From: Minisyncoccota bacterium
GTDB lineage: Bacteria; Patescibacteriota; Minisyncoccia; UBA6257
Direction of reading: 5' to 3'
DNA length: 38,049 bases
NCBI GenBank assembly: GCA_035360795.1
Contig: DAOSBJ010000001.1
Location: 1-38,049 of the forward strand
Numbering within the stretch: the first letter of the stretch is position 1; every line of letters begins with the position of its first letter. A model generated the notes under the pieces. It did not search any database and had not been told where the DNA came from. It was given only the letters and a program-made list of their open reading frames with translations. Positions 8,793 to 16,949 of the stretch are shown here, piece after piece. The translations under genes were made by a program, and so were the position numbers.

Positions 8793-9008
8793 TTAAAATT
8801 ACCCCTATTTCTATTTTAATATCACAATTTCAATATTATACACTTAATTAAATGCTTTTCAAACAATGAAATATGATTTACCTTAAATTTTTCTTTTATA
8901 AAATTTAATTTGTTTTTTTGAATATCTTTTTTGCTTTATTTTGTTTAAAGGTATATTATAAGAAGTGAAAAAATAGAAGTGAAAAATAAATATTAAAAAT
9001 ATAAATCA

Positions 9009-9935
9009 ATGAAAAAAAATTTTATTTGGATTTTACTGGCAATAATTATTCTTTGCGGAATAAGTATTTGGTTAAGCTATAATAAAAGTCAGGTGAATTT
9101 GGTTCCATCCAATCAGCCTCCTCCAGGGGAAAATCTTATTGCTCAAGTGACTTTTCTTTGTAAAGATAATAAAACAATCGAAGCCAGCTTTTATAAAGGA
9201 GAAGCAAAGCCGGTAGAACCCGGCGAGCCGCCAATTCCTCGGGGAAAAGTGAAGCTTGTTTTAAGTGATGGCCGGAGTTTTGAATTACCTCAAACTATTT
9301 CTGCCAGTGGCGCTCGCTATGCTAATAGTGATGAGTCGTTTGTTTTTTGGAATAAAGGCAATGGCGCTTTAGTTTTGGAAAATAATGAAGAAAAAAATTA
9401 TATCGGTTGTGTAATTTTGGCTAAAGATTCAGGAAATTTACTAAACACTTATTTAGATGCTGTGGTAGGTTTCACCATTCGTTATCCGATTGATTATAAA
9501 ATAGATACTTCGTATAAGTATCAGGCTTTAGGTCCTGGTAAAGAAATTGGCGGTGTAAAATTTATTATTCCAGAGAGTTTTGCTACAGGTACTAATTTAT
9601 CAAGTTTTGATACTGGAATCTCGGTTGAAATTATTCCTACGACCGAAAATTGCCAAGCCAGCCTTTTTCTGCCTGTTACTGATAGTACTGAAGTTGAAAA
9701 TCTTGTTGATAATAATATTGAATATTCTTTCGCAAAAATTACCGAAGGCGCTGCTGGCAATTATTATGAAGAACAAGTTTGGGCGCTTATAGAAACTAAT
9801 CCCTGCATTGCTCTCCGCTATCTAATCCACTCAACCAATATTAATAATTATCCCGAAAGGATGGTTAAAGAATTCGATCGTGCCAATCTCCTAAATACTT
9901 TTGATAAAATTCGTTCTTCTTTGGTTATTTTGTAA
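9009..9935 (+). CDS. Membrane-anchored MliC-domain (C-type lysozyme inhibitor family) protein with an unknown C-terminal domain
   Basis: 308 aa with an N-terminal TM. The MliC-like block is VTFLCKDNKTIEASF...LPQTISASGARYANSDESFVFWNKGNGALVL. I could not assign the roughly 170-aa C-terminal part. Confidence 0.65.
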   Translation: MKKNFIWILLAIIILCGISIWLSYNKSQVNLVPSNQPPPGENLIAQVTFLCKDNKTIEASFYKGEAKPVEPGEPPIPRGKVKLVLSDGRSFELPQTISASGARYANSDESFVFWNKGNGALVLENNEEKNYIGCVILAKDSGNLLNTYLDAVVGFTIRYPIDYKIDTSYKYQALGPGKEIGGVKFIIPESFATGTNLSSFDTGISVEIIPTTENCQASLFLPVTDSTEVENLVDNNIEYSFAKITEGAAGNYYEEQVWALIETNPCIALRYLIHSTNINNYPERMVKEFDRANLLNTFDKIRSSLVIL

Positions 9936-10108
9936 GATATCTTATACTATTTTAACTGGTCAACAAAAACAAAATAAAATAACAAATGAAAATAATTTTA
10001 TGAAATCAAAAAAGAATCTATTAATTGTAATAGGAGTAATTTAAGAAGCCAGGAAGTGAGCACGAAGTTATCTAATCGACTTACAGAATTAGGCAGAAAA
10101 TAATAATC

Positions 10109-11284
10109 TTAAGCTCTCTTTTGAGTAGTTTCCAAGATTTTCGCGCAAATAAGGCCAATAATAGAAAAAATAATAGCAACGGTAATTAAATAATTATCGC
10201 TTTTAATTGCGCTTAAAAGAAAACTTGGAATCGTACCGCCTAAAGTAGAAATAAGACTTGAGGCAGCGCCGGCTTTTTGAACCTGCTCTTCAAAAAGGTC
10301 TAATGATAAAGCGGCTCCATTGCTTTCTTTAATTGCATAGTCAACTCCAAAAGCACATAAGGTAATTGCCAATACCCAAATGTTTTTGCTTAAGAGAAAA
10401 CACACCCCTCCAACAATTCCTATCAAGATTTCCAGATAAAGCATTTTAAAACGACCTATTTTGTCAGAAATTGCTCCCATTGGGTGAGTTAATAATACTC
10501 TCGTAATTTGAAAGATTATAAGAAGAAGGCCAATGTAAGAAGCGCCATAAAGGTTCTGAATAGTAAGAGGAATTTTTGCAGTAATTAATCCAAAAATCCA
10601 ACCAGTGGCAATAGAGCTGGGCAAAAGTAAAAGGATTCTTCTATCAAAAACAAATTTTAGAATTTCTTTCAACTGACCAATAAAACTTCTTGAATAACTC
10701 TCTTGAAATTTTGATTTTGGCTCTCTTAAAAAGATTAAAAGAATGAGAAAGCCTAGAAAAGCAATAATTGTAAGAATGAAATAAAAATTTACAAAAGACC
10801 CCCGAGCCAAATAGAGCGAACCAAAAACCAAACTCAAAGTTGCCCCAATTCTTACTCCAGCGCGATAAAAACCATTAAAACTTCCTCGTTTTTCTTTAGG
10901 ACTAACTGCTCCAATATATGCCACTTCAACATTACCCTTTAATCCTGCCCCTAATCCCAAACAAATAGCCGCCGTATATAAAAAAAGAACATTTCTCGTA
11001 ATAATAGCCAATATAAAAAGAGGATAAGAGAAAAAACCCAAAACTAAAGATTTTTTTAAGCCAATTTTAGAACTTATAAAAGGCGCCGCAATCTTTCCCA
11101 AAAATATTACCCCATATAAAAGCGAAAGGGCTTTTAGGGCGAAAGTTAATTGACCAGTGGTTTTATAAAAAGCGGTAAAATAATGTTCTGCTGCTTGCCA
11201 GCCAAAAAATAAAATTCCTCCTGCCAGAGTTAAAATTATAATATCTGCGTATTGATGAAGAGAAAACCGTTGCTTATTTTCCAT
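10109..11284 (-). CDS. MFS transporter
   Basis: 391 aa and about 12 hydrophobic helices. A loop 2-3 style motif is present (GKIAAPFISSKIGLKKS). Confidence 0.75.
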   Translation of the reverse strand: MENKQRFSLHQYADIIILTLAGGILFFGWQAAEHYFTAFYKTTGQLTFALKALSLLYGVIFLGKIAAPFISSKIGLKKSLVLGFFSYPLFILAIITRNVLFLYTAAICLGLGAGLKGNVEVAYIGAVSPKEKRGSFNGFYRAGVRIGATLSLVFGSLYLARGSFVNFYFILTIIAFLGFLILLIFLREPKSKFQESYSRSFIGQLKEILKFVFDRRILLLLPSSIATGWIFGLITAKIPLTIQNLYGASYIGLLLIIFQITRVLLTHPMGAISDKIGRFKMLYLEILIGIVGGVCFLLSKNIWVLAITLCAFGVDYAIKESNGAALSLDLFEEQVQKAGAASSLISTLGGTIPSFLLSAIKSDNYLITVAIIFSIIGLICAKILETTQKRA

Positions 11285-11297
11285 ATCTTTGTAAACC

Positions 11298-12179
11298 TTA
11301 CCAGTCGAAAATTGAAATTAGATATTCGTCAATTTCGCGCTGGTCTAAATCGTAAAAATTTTTATTTTCTTGATGAAGTTTGGTGGCTAATCTAATACCG
11401 ACAAATCGCCAATGCCAAGGTTCAAAAATATAATATTTGTTATTTTCCGGATAAGATAAAATAAAACCGTATTTATAAGCATTTTCTAAAAGCCATTTAT
11501 ATGCTTTCGTTTTATGAAATAAAGAAGAATTTCCATTGAATTCACTGGTAGTAAAATCAATAGTTGTTCCTAATTGGTGTTCTGAATATCCTTGGTCAGC
11601 AACAAATTTATTTGCTCCAGAACCATAAGAAAAAGAAGAACTGGATTTAATATTTGCTTGTTCAAAAAAAGAACGATATCCCCATTTAACTTTTAAATCG
11701 ATTTGATTCTTTTTTGCTTCTTCTAAGAGAGTATATAAAAACGGCAAAACATTACCGTGGATATATTGTTCCTTTGAATTGTTTACATATTGGGGGTCAA
11801 TCGGGAGCAGGGTCTTTGGCACATAGTTCTCGTTTAAAAAATAAACTTTGGAATATTTTTTTAATAGTTCTTCGTCTAAATTTCTTAATTTTACAATCGT
11901 ATTAACATTTTGTTTTAAACCCTCGAGGTCCGAAGAGAAATTGCTGATTTTTGTTTCTTCTTCGGCTATTTTTTGTTGAAGAGCCAAATTTTCTTCGATT
12001 TTCTTTTCCACTAAATTTCTATAGCCCTCGCTTATTTTTTGATAGATAGCGAGGTTATTTTTTGTTTGTTTGAATTCATTTAAAAAAATATAAGAACTGA
12101 GACAAAAATAAAAAAGAGCGCCAAAACCAAGCCAAACAGCAACTATTATAACTACTGTTTTGAAAAACGATTTTTTCAT
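11298..12179 (-). CDS. M15-family D-alanyl-D-alanine carboxypeptidase (VanY-like), membrane anchored with a coiled-coil spacer
   Basis: 293 aa. N-terminal TM and coiled coil, then a VanY/M15B signature: SGYRSF-like (WGYRSF), SEHQLGTTIDF and EPWHWRFVG. Confidence 0.8.
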   Translation of the reverse strand: MKKSFFKTVVIIVAVWLGFGALFYFCLSSYIFLNEFKQTKNNLAIYQKISEGYRNLVEKKIEENLALQQKIAEEETKISNFSSDLEGLKQNVNTIVKLRNLDEELLKKYSKVYFLNENYVPKTLLPIDPQYVNNSKEQYIHGNVLPFLYTLLEEAKKNQIDLKVKWGYRSFFEQANIKSSSSFSYGSGANKFVADQGYSEHQLGTTIDFTTSEFNGNSSLFHKTKAYKWLLENAYKYGFILSYPENNKYYIFEPWHWRFVGIRLATKLHQENKNFYDLDQREIDEYLISIFDW

Positions 12180-12245
12180 TTATTTTACTTCTTTATTATA
12201 TCAACCTTTGAAATATAATGCAAAATGCGATAAAATACTGAAAAG

Positions 12246-13004
12246 ATGGAAAAAGAACTAATTTTAAACGGGCTTCTGGTCCACACTTATTTCAAAAAAT
12301 CTTTAGAAAAATCTAAAGGAAATGTCTTGCTTCTTCATGGCTGGGGGGTTTCTGCCTCTATTTTCGATTCGCTGGTAGAATTTCTCACTAAAGAAAATTT
12401 CGATGTCTATCTAATCGATTTTCCTGGTTTTGGCGAATCGCCAGCGCCAAAAACACCTTTAGTGTTGGAAAACTATTCGCTACTGGTAAAAGAATTCATT
12501 GAAAAAGAAATTAAAGAAGAGACTATTGTTTTAGCTCATTCATTTGGAGGAAGAGTAGCCATTAAACTCGCTAGTAATTTCCCGCAATTGATTAAAAAAT
12601 TGGTTTTAATAGACAGCGCAGGTTTTGTTAGAAAGGGCTTAAAAAATACTTTGATTAAAATTTTTGCCAAGATTTTTAAACCTCTCTTTAAACTTCCAGT
12701 CCTTTCCTCTTTGAAAATTAAAGTTTATAAAAAAATTGGCACCGAGGATTATCTTTCTAATCTTGAACTTAAAAAAACTTATGCCAATATTGTTAAAGAA
12801 GATTTAACAGAGGAAATGAAAAAGATTTCCGTTGAAACAATTATTATTTGGGGGAAAAGCGATAAAACTACTCCTTTAGAATGGGGAAAGAAAATGCATC
12901 AATTAATCAAAAATTCTATATTTTACGAAATAAAAGGAGGCCATTTTTGTTTTTTAGACAATTCATCTGAATTCAATTTTATTTTAAAAAATATTCTTGG
13001 TTAA
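12246..13004 (+). CDS. Alpha/beta-fold hydrolase
   Basis: 252 aa. HGWG oxyanion motif, nucleophile elbow AHSFGG, and a C-terminal GGHF histidine region. Confidence 0.8.
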   Translation: MEKELILNGLLVHTYFKKSLEKSKGNVLLLHGWGVSASIFDSLVEFLTKENFDVYLIDFPGFGESPAPKTPLVLENYSLLVKEFIEKEIKEETIVLAHSFGGRVAIKLASNFPQLIKKLVLIDSAGFVRKGLKNTLIKIFAKIFKPLFKLPVLSSLKIKVYKKIGTEDYLSNLELKKTYANIVKEDLTEEMKKISVETIIIWGKSDKTTPLEWGKKMHQLIKNSIFYEIKGGHFCFLDNSSEFNFILKNILG

Positions 13005-13022
13005 AATAAAAATAATTTGACA

Positions 13023-14447
13023 ATGTCTAAGCTCATAAAAATCCTATTTTTTTATCCCTTATACTTTCTTCAGTTAGAAAACTACCAATTGAAAAGATTT
13101 TATCGGGTTTATTTTAAAAAGGTTTTTGTTTTAGAAAAACCACGGCAAAAACTCGTTTTAACCTTGAAAATGAAAGTTATTATCTTGGTTTCATTAGCAA
13201 TAATTCTTTTGTCTGGAGCACTATTTTTAAAAAAGTTTTCTGTTACCCTCGGAATTCTCGTCAGTTTTATCCTTGCCTTATGTTTTCCCTTTATTGTTGG
13301 TTTAAGTGTGATAATTCTTCTTCCTTTTGATATTTTAATCAAAAAATTAAATATTTTAGAGGCGCGACAAAAAATTAGAAAATTAAAAAATCTGAAAATA
13401 ATTGGTATTACTGGTAGTTATGGAAAAACTTCTTTTAAGGAAATTTTGGCTACTATTTTGGGAGTAAAATATAAAGTAGTTTATACTCCGGAAAATAAAA
13501 ACACTCCGCTGGGAATCAGCCGCCTGATTTTGAAAAATTTAAAGCCAGAGACGGAAATTTTTGTTGCCGAAATGAGCGCCTGGCAAAAGGGGGATATAAA
13601 AACCCTTTGTCAAATAGCGCCACCGGAAGTAGCGGTTCTAACCGGCATAAATGAAAGCCATTTAGAGAGATTTAAAACCATTGAAAATACAATTAACACC
13701 AAATTTGAGATTGTAAAATATTCAAAGGAGAATGCTTTAGTTGTTCTAAATGCAGACAATAATTATATTATAAAAAACTACAAAAAATATGTTGACAATA
13801 AAAAGGTAATCTTCTTTGGCAAAGAAAATGAAGAATTTTTAAATTATAAAATTAAAGAAATAACTTTTAACGAAAACACCTTAAAACAAACTTTTGTTTT
13901 AGAATTAGAAGGTAAAACTTATCAATTTGAAATTCCCTTTTTGGGTGAATATGCGGTTGCGATGACTATTGGCGCAATTTTAATTGCGAAATATTTCAAT
14001 TTAGATGACACAGAAATAAAAATAGGCTTAAGTTTATTAAAACCAGTTGAACATCGCCTCCAACCAATTTTTCACGGCAATACTTTAATTATTGATGATA
14101 GTTATAATGGCAACCCCAATGGCGCCAGAGAGGCGATTAAAGTTCTATCCCGCTTTAAAAACAAAAGAAAAATATATGTTACGCCGGGCCTGGTGGAAAC
14201 TGGCAGCCGCAGTAATGAGATTCATAAAGAAATTGGAAAATTATTGGCACCAGTGGCAGATTTGGTAATTTTAATCAAAAACAGCGTGACGGATTTTATC
14301 ATTGAAGGCTTAAAAGAAAATAATTTTAATTCAGAAAAAATCATTGTGTATAATACTCCTTTTGAATTAGAAGAAAATATCAACAAGATAATCAGAAATA
14401 ATGATGTAGTTCTGTTTCAAAATGATTGGCCAGACAACTACCTGTAA
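13023..14447 (+). CDS. murF: MurF-like Mur ligase (UDP-MurNAc-tripeptide--D-Ala-D-Ala ligase) with a transmembrane N-terminus
   Basis: ATG at 13023; the track TTG is at 13017. Central-domain P-loop GITGSYGKTSFKE, NINESHLERF-type motif, C-terminal DDSYNGNP and PGLVETG. The first ~110 aa are 2-3 hydrophobic helices instead of the canonical N-domain. Confidence 0.75.
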   Translation: MSKLIKILFFYPLYFLQLENYQLKRFYRVYFKKVFVLEKPRQKLVLTLKMKVIILVSLAIILLSGALFLKKFSVTLGILVSFILALCFPFIVGLSVIILLPFDILIKKLNILEARQKIRKLKNLKIIGITGSYGKTSFKEILATILGVKYKVVYTPENKNTPLGISRLILKNLKPETEIFVAEMSAWQKGDIKTLCQIAPPEVAVLTGINESHLERFKTIENTINTKFEIVKYSKENALVVLNADNNYIIKNYKKYVDNKKVIFFGKENEEFLNYKIKEITFNENTLKQTFVLELEGKTYQFEIPFLGEYAVAMTIGAILIAKYFNLDDTEIKIGLSLLKPVEHRLQPIFHGNTLIIDDSYNGNPNGAREAIKVLSRFKNKRKIYVTPGLVETGSRSNEIHKEIGKLLAPVADLVILIKNSVTDFIIEGLKENNFNSEKIIVYNTPFELEENINKIIRNNDVVLFQNDWPDNYL

Positions 14448-14500
14448 AATTAACTGCCAATAACATTTTCTTTTTGAAATTTGTTTTGGTAAAATAAAAT

Positions 14501-15676
14501 ATGAATCGTAAAAAAGCAACAATTGGGGTTTTCTTTGGCAGTCGAAGCCCTGAACACGATATTTCTATTATTACGGCTGAATTAATTATCAGCGGTTTAA
14601 AAGGATTGGAATATCCTGTTATTCCTGTTTATTTCGCCAAAGACGGCACTTGGTATATTAATGAAAAATTGGGCAATTTGTCTTTTTTCCAAACTGATAT
14701 CTGGGATTTTAAAAATTGGCATCGCTATTATTTAGATTTAGAAAATTCCAAAGAAAAAATCGTTTTAAAACAAAAGGGGATTTTTGGGAAAAAAGTTGTT
14801 ATTGAAATTGCTTTTCCGGCTTTTCATGGTCAATATGGCGAAGACGGTACTATCCAAGGATTATGGGAGACTTTTAATGTTCCTTACATTGGTTGCGATG
14901 TTTCGTCTTGCGCCCTGGCAAAAGACAAAGTCTTTACAAAATTAATTTATCAGGCAAACCAGATTCCGACAGTAAATTTTGTCTATTTTTACAATTTTGA
15001 GTGGAATATTCAAAAAGAGAAAATTTTAAAAGAAATTGAAACAAAACTTAATTATCCTCTGTTTGTAAAACCGGCAAGACTTGGTTCATCTATTGGAATA
15101 AAAAAAGTGAAAAATCAAAACGAATTAGAAGAAGCAATAGAAGTTGCCCTTCACTATGATGAAAAAGTTCTAGTGGAAAATGGAATTGAAAATGTTAGAG
15201 ATTTAACTTGCGCAGTTTTGGGAAATTTCAAAAACCCCTTTGTTTCTTTGGTTCAAGAATCTCTTTATGAGGTTGACTTTTTTACTTTTGAAGATAAATA
15301 CTTGAAAGGTGGAGGCGCTCAAACTGGAAAAGCCCGGCAAAAAATAGTTATTCCCGCAGAAATTCCCAATAAATTAACTGAAGAGATTCAAAAATTGGCA
15401 AAAGAAATTTTTATAATGTTTGGCGGCACTGGAATTTCAAGAATTGACTTTTTATATGACGAAGAAGAAAATAAATTATATGCTAATGAAATTAATCCCT
15501 TGCCCGGCACTCTTTATCATCATTTATTTAAAAAGAGCGGAGTTGAATTTCCTCAACTCCTGCAAAAACTAATTGATTTGGCGCTTGAAAGACATAAAGA
15601 AAAACAGCAATTAATCACTACTTTTAACTCTTCAGTTCTAAAATCCAGTAATCTAAAAGAAAAATTGAAACTTTAA
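14501..15676 (+). CDS. ddl: D-alanine--D-alanine ligase
   Basis: 391 aa. FGGRSPEHDISI-type N-terminus, GEDGTIQG, an ATP-grasp block (YPLFVKPARLGSSIGI) and C-terminal EINPLPG. Confidence 0.9.
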   Translation: MNRKKATIGVFFGSRSPEHDISIITAELIISGLKGLEYPVIPVYFAKDGTWYINEKLGNLSFFQTDIWDFKNWHRYYLDLENSKEKIVLKQKGIFGKKVVIEIAFPAFHGQYGEDGTIQGLWETFNVPYIGCDVSSCALAKDKVFTKLIYQANQIPTVNFVYFYNFEWNIQKEKILKEIETKLNYPLFVKPARLGSSIGIKKVKNQNELEEAIEVALHYDEKVLVENGIENVRDLTCAVLGNFKNPFVSLVQESLYEVDFFTFEDKYLKGGGAQTGKARQKIVIPAEIPNKLTEEIQKLAKEIFIMFGGTGISRIDFLYDEEENKLYANEINPLPGTLYHHLFKKSGVEFPQLLQKLIDLALERHKEKQQLITTFNSSVLKSSNLKEKLKL

Positions 15677-15724
15677 TTTCAAAATTTTAAAAAGGTCGAA
15701 AAAAAATTAATTTAATTTACTTTT

Positions 15725-16003
15725 ATGGTAACAACGGTTATTAAAAAAAGTGGCCAAGAGGAACCGTTTGATGTCGAAAAGATTAAAAAGGCAGTTAGAG
15801 GCGCTTGCCGCGAAGCAGAATTAGACGAAACAAAACAAGAAGAATTAGCAAATTTAATTAGTGAAAAAATAATAGAAATGTATGCAGAGCAAAATGAAGT
15901 TACTGCCTTGGAATTAAGAGAAAAGATATTAGGAGAATTAGAAATAATGGCTCCAGAAGCAGCAACTGCTTGGCATAACTACGAAGCAAGAAAAACAAAG
16001 TAA
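15725..16003 (+). CDS. Stand-alone ATP-cone domain protein
   Basis: 92 aa. VIKKSGQEEPFDVEKIKKAVRGA matches the ATP-cone N-terminal signature. There is no NrdR zinc ribbon and no RNR catalytic domain. Confidence 0.65.
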   Translation: MVTTVIKKSGQEEPFDVEKIKKAVRGACREAELDETKQEELANLISEKIIEMYAEQNEVTALELREKILGELEIMAPEAATAWHNYEARKTK

Positions 16004-16015
16004 AGAAAAAATAAA

Positions 16016-16050
16016 AAGGGGGCAATCTATTGCCCCTTAGTTTTTTATTT
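16016..16050 (+). terminator. Rho-independent terminator after the ATP-cone gene
   Basis: aagggggcaa...ttgcccctt stem followed by agttttttattt. Confidence 0.6.
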
Positions 16051-16080
16051 CTATATTTTTTAGCCAAGCAATATCAAAAT

Positions 16081-16839
16081 ATGAAAAACTATCTTCAAAG
16101 AGTAAAAAAGTGGCTCTTAGAAGAAAAATATAATGGCAGAATGACCTCTGATTATTTTAAAGATTTGGAAAGATTAAAAAGAGGAGAGCCGTTGGATTAT
16201 ATAATCGGTTTCAGAAATTTCTTAAATTGCAAAATTGATTTATCTTTAAAACCTTTAATTCCCCGAGAAGAAACGGAATATTGGCTGGAAAAAGTAATCA
16301 TTGATATTAAAAACAAATATTCCGGCAAAAAACTAAAAATTTTAGACCTTTTTAGTGGTTCCGGCTGTATTGGAATAGCTATTTTAAAACATTTGCCGAA
16401 CTCTATTGTTGTTTTTGGCGAAAAATATCCTAAATTTATAAAACAAATTAAAATTAATCTGAAATTAAACAAAATTAAACCTTCTCGATATAAAATTATT
16501 CAAACAGATACCTATTCAAATATCAAAGGTAAATTTGATTTTATTTTTGCTAATCCACCTTATTTATCTAAACAAAGAACTTCTAAAATCCAAAAGTCAG
16601 TTTTAAAATATGAACCTAAAATTGCTCTATTTGCCAAAAACAACGGCTTATATTTTATTGAAAAACTAATTCAACAATCAAAAAACTTTCTAAAGCCAAA
16701 AGGAGAAATATATATTGAATTTGATTCTTGGCAGAAAAAGAAAATAGAAAAAATCTTAAAAGCAAATTCTTTCTACAATTTTCAATTTTTTAAAGACCAC
16801 TTCAACCGTTACCGCTACCTAAAACTTACTTTGAAATAA
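16081..16839 (+). CDS. prmC: Release-factor glutamine N5-methyltransferase (HemK/PrmC family)
   Basis: ATG at 16081. The track TTG at 16030 lies inside the upstream terminator. Motifs: PLDYIIG, PRxETE, SAM motif ILDLFSGSGCIG, and catalytic NPPY (FANPPYL). Confidence 0.8.
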   Translation: MKNYLQRVKKWLLEEKYNGRMTSDYFKDLERLKRGEPLDYIIGFRNFLNCKIDLSLKPLIPREETEYWLEKVIIDIKNKYSGKKLKILDLFSGSGCIGIAILKHLPNSIVVFGEKYPKFIKQIKINLKLNKIKPSRYKIIQTDTYSNIKGKFDFIFANPPYLSKQRTSKIQKSVLKYEPKIALFAKNNGLYFIEKLIQQSKNFLKPKGEIYIEFDSWQKKKIEKILKANSFYNFQFFKDHFNRYRYLKLTLK

Positions 16840-16894
16840 ATAAAAAGAGACATTAAATATCATCCGTGCTACAGATTTTATCCATGGTATTTTG

Positions 16895-16923
16895 TTGATA
16901 AAGAGGAATAAAAGTGATAAAAT
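16895..16923 (+). promoter_or_regulatory. Sigma70-type promoter (TTGATA-17-TGaTAAAAT)
   Basis: -35 ttgata at 16895-16900, a 17-nt spacer, and an extended -10 tga-taaaat ending at 16923. It overlaps the track GTG start, which supports ATG 16950 as the real start. Confidence 0.5.
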
Positions 16924-16949
16924 ATTTTATAATTCATAACAAAACAAAT

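Noticed and set aside
16914-16949. Non-ATG N-terminal extensions proposed by the ORF track (16914 GTG, 16030 TTG, 37489 TTG, 34120 GTG, 3173 TTG, 25182 TTG, 19626 ATG)
   Set aside because: Several extensions overlap promoters or terminator hairpins, and some add residues not found in homologues. For 16914, 16030, 37489, 34120, 3173 and 19626, an in-frame ATG a short way downstream gives the expected N-terminus or a TM anchor. For 25182 the basis is weaker: ATG 25194 gives a plausible sigma-factor N-terminus, but the -10-like TATAAT there is not a clean extended -10 and would place the start site downstream of that ATG.
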